From positions 1 through 59,728 of the IMG/VR virus record IMGVR_UViG_3300009104_000024: DNA of 59,728 nucleotides; one strand, written 5' to 3'. Shown here piece after piece: positions 57,089 to 59,728 of this stretch. The position numbers and the translations under genes were made by a program. This DNA is from a virus (taxonomy: Duplodnaviria > Caudoviricetes). Every line of letters begins with the position of its first letter. Position 1 is the stretch's first letter. The notes beneath the pieces are model-generated. The model was not told where the DNA came from. It did no database searches and saw nothing but the letters and a program-made list of their open reading frames with translations.

Positions 57089-57120
57089 AAAAAAAATGCT
57101 ACTCCGTTAAGAGTAGCATT
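57089..57120 (-). terminator. Intrinsic terminator
   Basis: AAUGCUACUC-UUAACG-GAGUAGCAUU then long U-rich tract. Confidence 0.85.
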
Positions 57121-57131
57121 AATTTCCTCCT

Positions 57132-57533
57132 CTATTTATCTAACCATCCTTCCTGGATAGCTTCGTATTTAGCAAGTGAAATATCCCCACTTCCAAAAGT
57201 TATACAATCCAAGTCAACGTGATAATTAATTGCAGTATCAGAATCTATAACCAGGCTTTTATCTTTAAAATTTAAAACCTGGTTGTAGTTCTTTTGCTGA
57301 ATTGAAATAGGATAAGAAAGAATTTCAAACAGGGAATTTAATCTTTCCCTGGTTGTCCTTGTTGTCCATCCACACAAAGAAAAAGATAATATCTTTCCGT
57401 TATGGTCGTTATCCCAATTAGCGATTTTATGACCATGCAGATAATATCCAAACTCATCTGTATGTGTGTTGGAAATAGTTTTAGTTCTCCTATCTCTAAA
57501 CGCAGAAGCAATAACCCTAGATATATTTCTCAT
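57132..57533 (-). CDS. Conserved phage hypothetical protein
   Basis: GAGGAG RBS; LHGHKIA...GWTTRTTRERLN. Confidence 0.8.
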   Translation of the reverse strand: MRNISRVIASAFRDRRTKTISNTHTDEFGYYLHGHKIANWDNDHNGKILSFSLCGWTTRTTRERLNSLFEILSYPISIQQKNYNQVLNFKDKSLVIDSDTAINYHVDLDCITFGSGDISLAKYEAIQEGWLDK

Positions 57534-57721
57534 TAGGTTTTCTCCTCATAAATACAAGCATAAGCTTCCTCAATTTCAAAATCATCAAGGCTTTCAGGCT
57601 CGTTGCCTTCTGCTACTCTCCATTCATTATGGTCTACTAACCATTTATCTAAATTGTTAGTAGTAGCTACATAGTCACGATTGCCACAGCCGTCATGCCA
57701 ATAAATATTAAATATTTCCAT
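57533..57721 (-). CDS. Hypothetical acidic protein
   Basis: GAGGAG RBS, TAATG coupling. Confidence 0.7.
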   Translation of the reverse strand: MEIFNIYWHDGCGNRDYVATTNNLDKWLVDHNEWRVAEGNEPESLDDFEIEEAYACIYEEKT

Positions 57722-57978
57722 TAGCAAGACTCCTCTATGAATTGAATCAGTTCCTCCAGTTCTTCAGTTCGCTGAATCTCGTCAGGTAAACCTTTAAACT
57801 TTGGAAAGAAATTTTCTAACGCTCCCTGGATAAGAGTTATTTCAGATTCTGTAAAAATCTCATTCAAGTCAACTGCATCCCTATAAGTGTTCGCTTCTTC
57901 CTCAATCGCTTCTTCAAGTTCTTTTGGAATTGATACACTAGCAGTAATACTGCCATTTTCATGGTGTACTATTTTCAT
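57721..57978 (-). CDS. Hypothetical acidic protein
   Basis: GAGGG RBS, ATGA coupling. Confidence 0.7.
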   Translation of the reverse strand: MKIVHHENGSITASVSIPKELEEAIEEEANTYRDAVDLNEIFTESEITLIQGALENFFPKFKGLPDEIQRTEELEELIQFIEESC

Positions 57979-58238
57979 ATTTCCCTCGCTTCTAGTTCTT
58001 CCATAAATTCCCAATCTTCATCATACAACTGATTAATTCTTTCATAATCAACTATGAATTTATGAAGTGTTATTGTTCTGTTATAACCATCTACAATGGT
58101 ATTGCCTTCCTCTCCACTAGGTTTAAAAATCCCAGTATCTAAAAAGTTATTCACATAGTATCTGCCTACACTTCCCTCTAACTGTAAAAATAATCCACTA
58201 TTAACATTTTCTAAATGATTTTCATAAAACTCACTCAT
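57975..58238 (-). CDS. Hypothetical acidic protein
   Basis: GAGGG RBS, ATGA coupling; flanked by 20-bp direct repeats. Confidence 0.7.
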   Translation of the reverse strand: MSEFYENHLENVNSGLFLQLEGSVGRYYVNNFLDTGIFKPSGEEGNTIVDGYNRTITLHKFIVDYERINQLYDEDWEFMEELEAREI

Positions 58239-58468
58239 ATTTCCCTCGCTTCTATTTCATCCTCATCTTTTTTAGAGACAAGAAAATCAGATTCAACAAG
58301 TTGCTCAAGAATATCTTCAGGCATTTCTGCTAGAACCCTTGTAACCTCATTAATCATAAAAGCATAAAGACTATAATCCAAGTCTCTAAATCTTGCACAA
58401 AGTCTGTAATGCAATAAATCCAATGGGGATAATTTTATACTTATAGTTTTCGTTTTTTCTTTATTCAT
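58235..58468 (-). CDS. Hypothetical protein, first gene of leftward operon
   Basis: GGAGG RBS before ATG 58468 (MNKEKTK); the longer GTG extension runs through the ribozyme. Confidence 0.7.
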   Translation of the reverse strand: MNKEKTKTISIKLSPLDLLHYRLCARFRDLDYSLYAFMINEVTRVLAEMPEDILEQLVESDFLVSKKDEDEIEAREI

Positions 58469-58474
58469 AATATA

Positions 58475-58633
58475 GACCCTCCAGTCTGTTTCGTTTTTAA
58501 AATTGGCTAGAGGCAATAAACTTAGATTTGTCTTAACAATGCACGTTTTATATTCGTAGGCATTGACCACATAAATTTATTACCTCACTCATTCAGCTAA
58601 CAGAAGCCACCTGTTAGGACATTGGAGGATGTC
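58475..58633 (-). ncRNA. Extended type III hammerhead-like ribozyme (CUGAAUGA core) sequestering an RBS
   Basis: UGUC^CUAACAG-GUGGCUU-CUGUUAG-CUGAAUGA-GU...15-bp stem...AC-GAAA-CA; CCUCCA pairs with UGGAGG. Confidence 0.72.
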
Positions 58634-58906
58634 ACTACTGTCCGATTATCGTTAACGCCTCCCCAACTTAGATTGTGTTGGTTCTTTGGGTACGCATTTT
58701 GTTTTGAAGCTTTACTTCTATCTTCGTGGGTAATTCTTGAGACCCTCATCTTCAGTTAAGCCCTGTCACGACCTGAAGCACTATCTTGTTCTACTCTATA
58801 AAACCTCCATTGGTTTAATTGAATATTTAATAATACAGGAACACACCATAATAGCTAGCATAATGTGAGCATTACATAACCAGGGAAAAAGGAACATAAT
58901 GCAAGC

Positions 58907-59395
58907 ATGAAGGAAAATAAAAAAACCAGTCTCAAAATTGTTGGGAAGGAAGACGACCTAACAATTAAACAAAGAAAATTCGTTGATGCAATTGTTAAAG
59001 GGACTTACCCCACATATAAAGAAGCCTACTTCAATAGCTATGATGTTAAGCCTAACAAGAATGGAAGCATACCTAAATGGGTAGAAGTAGAAGCCAGTAG
59101 ACTACTTAGCACTAACCCTAAGATAACCCAAAGTATCAGGAAGGCATTAGAGAGGAAGGAGGATCATGCAGTTGCTTCAAGCATACGGACAAGGAGTTAC
59201 GTTCTTGAGAGACTATATAAAGAATCTACTGAAGCAGATACGTCAGCATCTAAAATTAGAGCATTAGAGCTGTTAGGCAAAAGTGTGGCATTGTTTAGTG
59301 ATGTAGTAGAGACAAAAGAAGCACGAGCAAGCACGGACATAGAAGCAGATATAGAGGAAAAGATTAATACCCTGTTAGATAGCCAGGAAGATTAA
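58907..59395 (+). CDS. terS: Terminase small subunit
   Basis: LTIKQRKFV N-terminal HTH, ASRLL, IRALELLGK; precedes terL across the window junction. Confidence 0.8.
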   Translation: MKENKKTSLKIVGKEDDLTIKQRKFVDAIVKGTYPTYKEAYFNSYDVKPNKNGSIPKWVEVEASRLLSTNPKITQSIRKALERKEDHAVASSIRTRSYVLERLYKESTEADTSASKIRALELLGKSVALFSDVVETKEARASTDIEADIEEKINTLLDSQED

Positions 59396-59400
59396 CCAGG

Positions 59401-59460
59401 CATAAGACTATCTTAATCAATTATAAGACTACCTTAATCAATCATAAGACTACCTTAATC
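59401..59460 (+). repeat. 21-bp tandem repeat x3
   Basis: (C/T)ATAAGACTA(T/C)CTTAATCAAT units at 59401, 59422, 59443. Confidence 0.9.
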
Positions 59461-59728
59461 TAGGACTAAATTAATTCATTCCTGGTTGTTCCCTGGACAA
59501 GAGAAATTAACCAGGCGAATTGACCAGGGAGCTACTCCAGGTATTTGACCAGAGCGAAAGATATTCCAGGCGAATTTATACGGATATGTGCGTAGTTGTA
59601 AGGTATTTAAAATTATATAAGTTCTTTTCTTTTCTTGAACCCTACCTTTTTCCTGAGAAAGACTGCTTGACATTAGACCCCCCACCCCCCTGTGTATAAT
59701 TACGTTACTTGACTGACTATAATACATA

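Noticed and set aside
57007-57222. Plus-strand Lys-rich ORF; also ORFs 52323-52535 and 59476-59727
   Set aside because: Arise from A tracts, terminators or repeats in regulatory DNA; no RBS
58715-58760. Possible sixth hammerhead (CUGAAGA...GGGU/ACCC...CGAAG, minus strand)
   Set aside because: GAAG instead of GAAA and no stem I/III partners or NUH site; also no convincing twister or pistol fit
59401-59460. CRISPR array
   Set aside because: Contiguous 21-bp tandem repeats with no spacers and no cas genes
59667-59700. Consensus promoter TTGACA...TATAAT
   Set aside because: Spacer is 22 bp; the overlapping single DnaA-box match TGTGTATAA is isolated
1-59728. tRNA genes, integrase/att site, direct terminal repeats, alternative genetic code
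   Set aside because: None seen by eye; long ORFs are intact under the standard code

Overview
This looks like an essentially complete, AT-rich tailed dsDNA phage genome of podovirus-like organisation. terS sits at the right end and terL at the left end, so it is probably circularly permuted. From 231 to 42781 (+) it carries packaging, head (including a GroES), tail/fibre, lysis and ejection genes, ending in a 3316-aa polyvalent protein. From 42.7 to 51.8 kb are recombination and replication genes (RusA-like, HNH, SSB, Sak3-like, PD-(D/E)xK nuclease, primase-helicase). I recognised no DNA polymerase, RNA polymerase, integrase, ParB or ribonucleotide reductase. From 52.4 to 58.5 kb (-) is an early/accessory operon with a MoxR-like ATPase and a VWA-metallopeptidase. 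The most striking features are non-coding. (1) Five hammerhead ribozymes, three with core insertions, lie on the minus strand in intergenic leaders of the early operon, each just upstream of an RBS; one sequesters the Shine-Dalgarno in its stem III. (2) A ~650-bp gene-free block holds a parS-like palindrome, phased DnaA boxes, tandem NrdR boxes 32 bp apart and a candidate anti-SD sRNA, suggesting a host-factor decoy or host-mimicking origin. All calls are by eye; no searches or folding programs were run.
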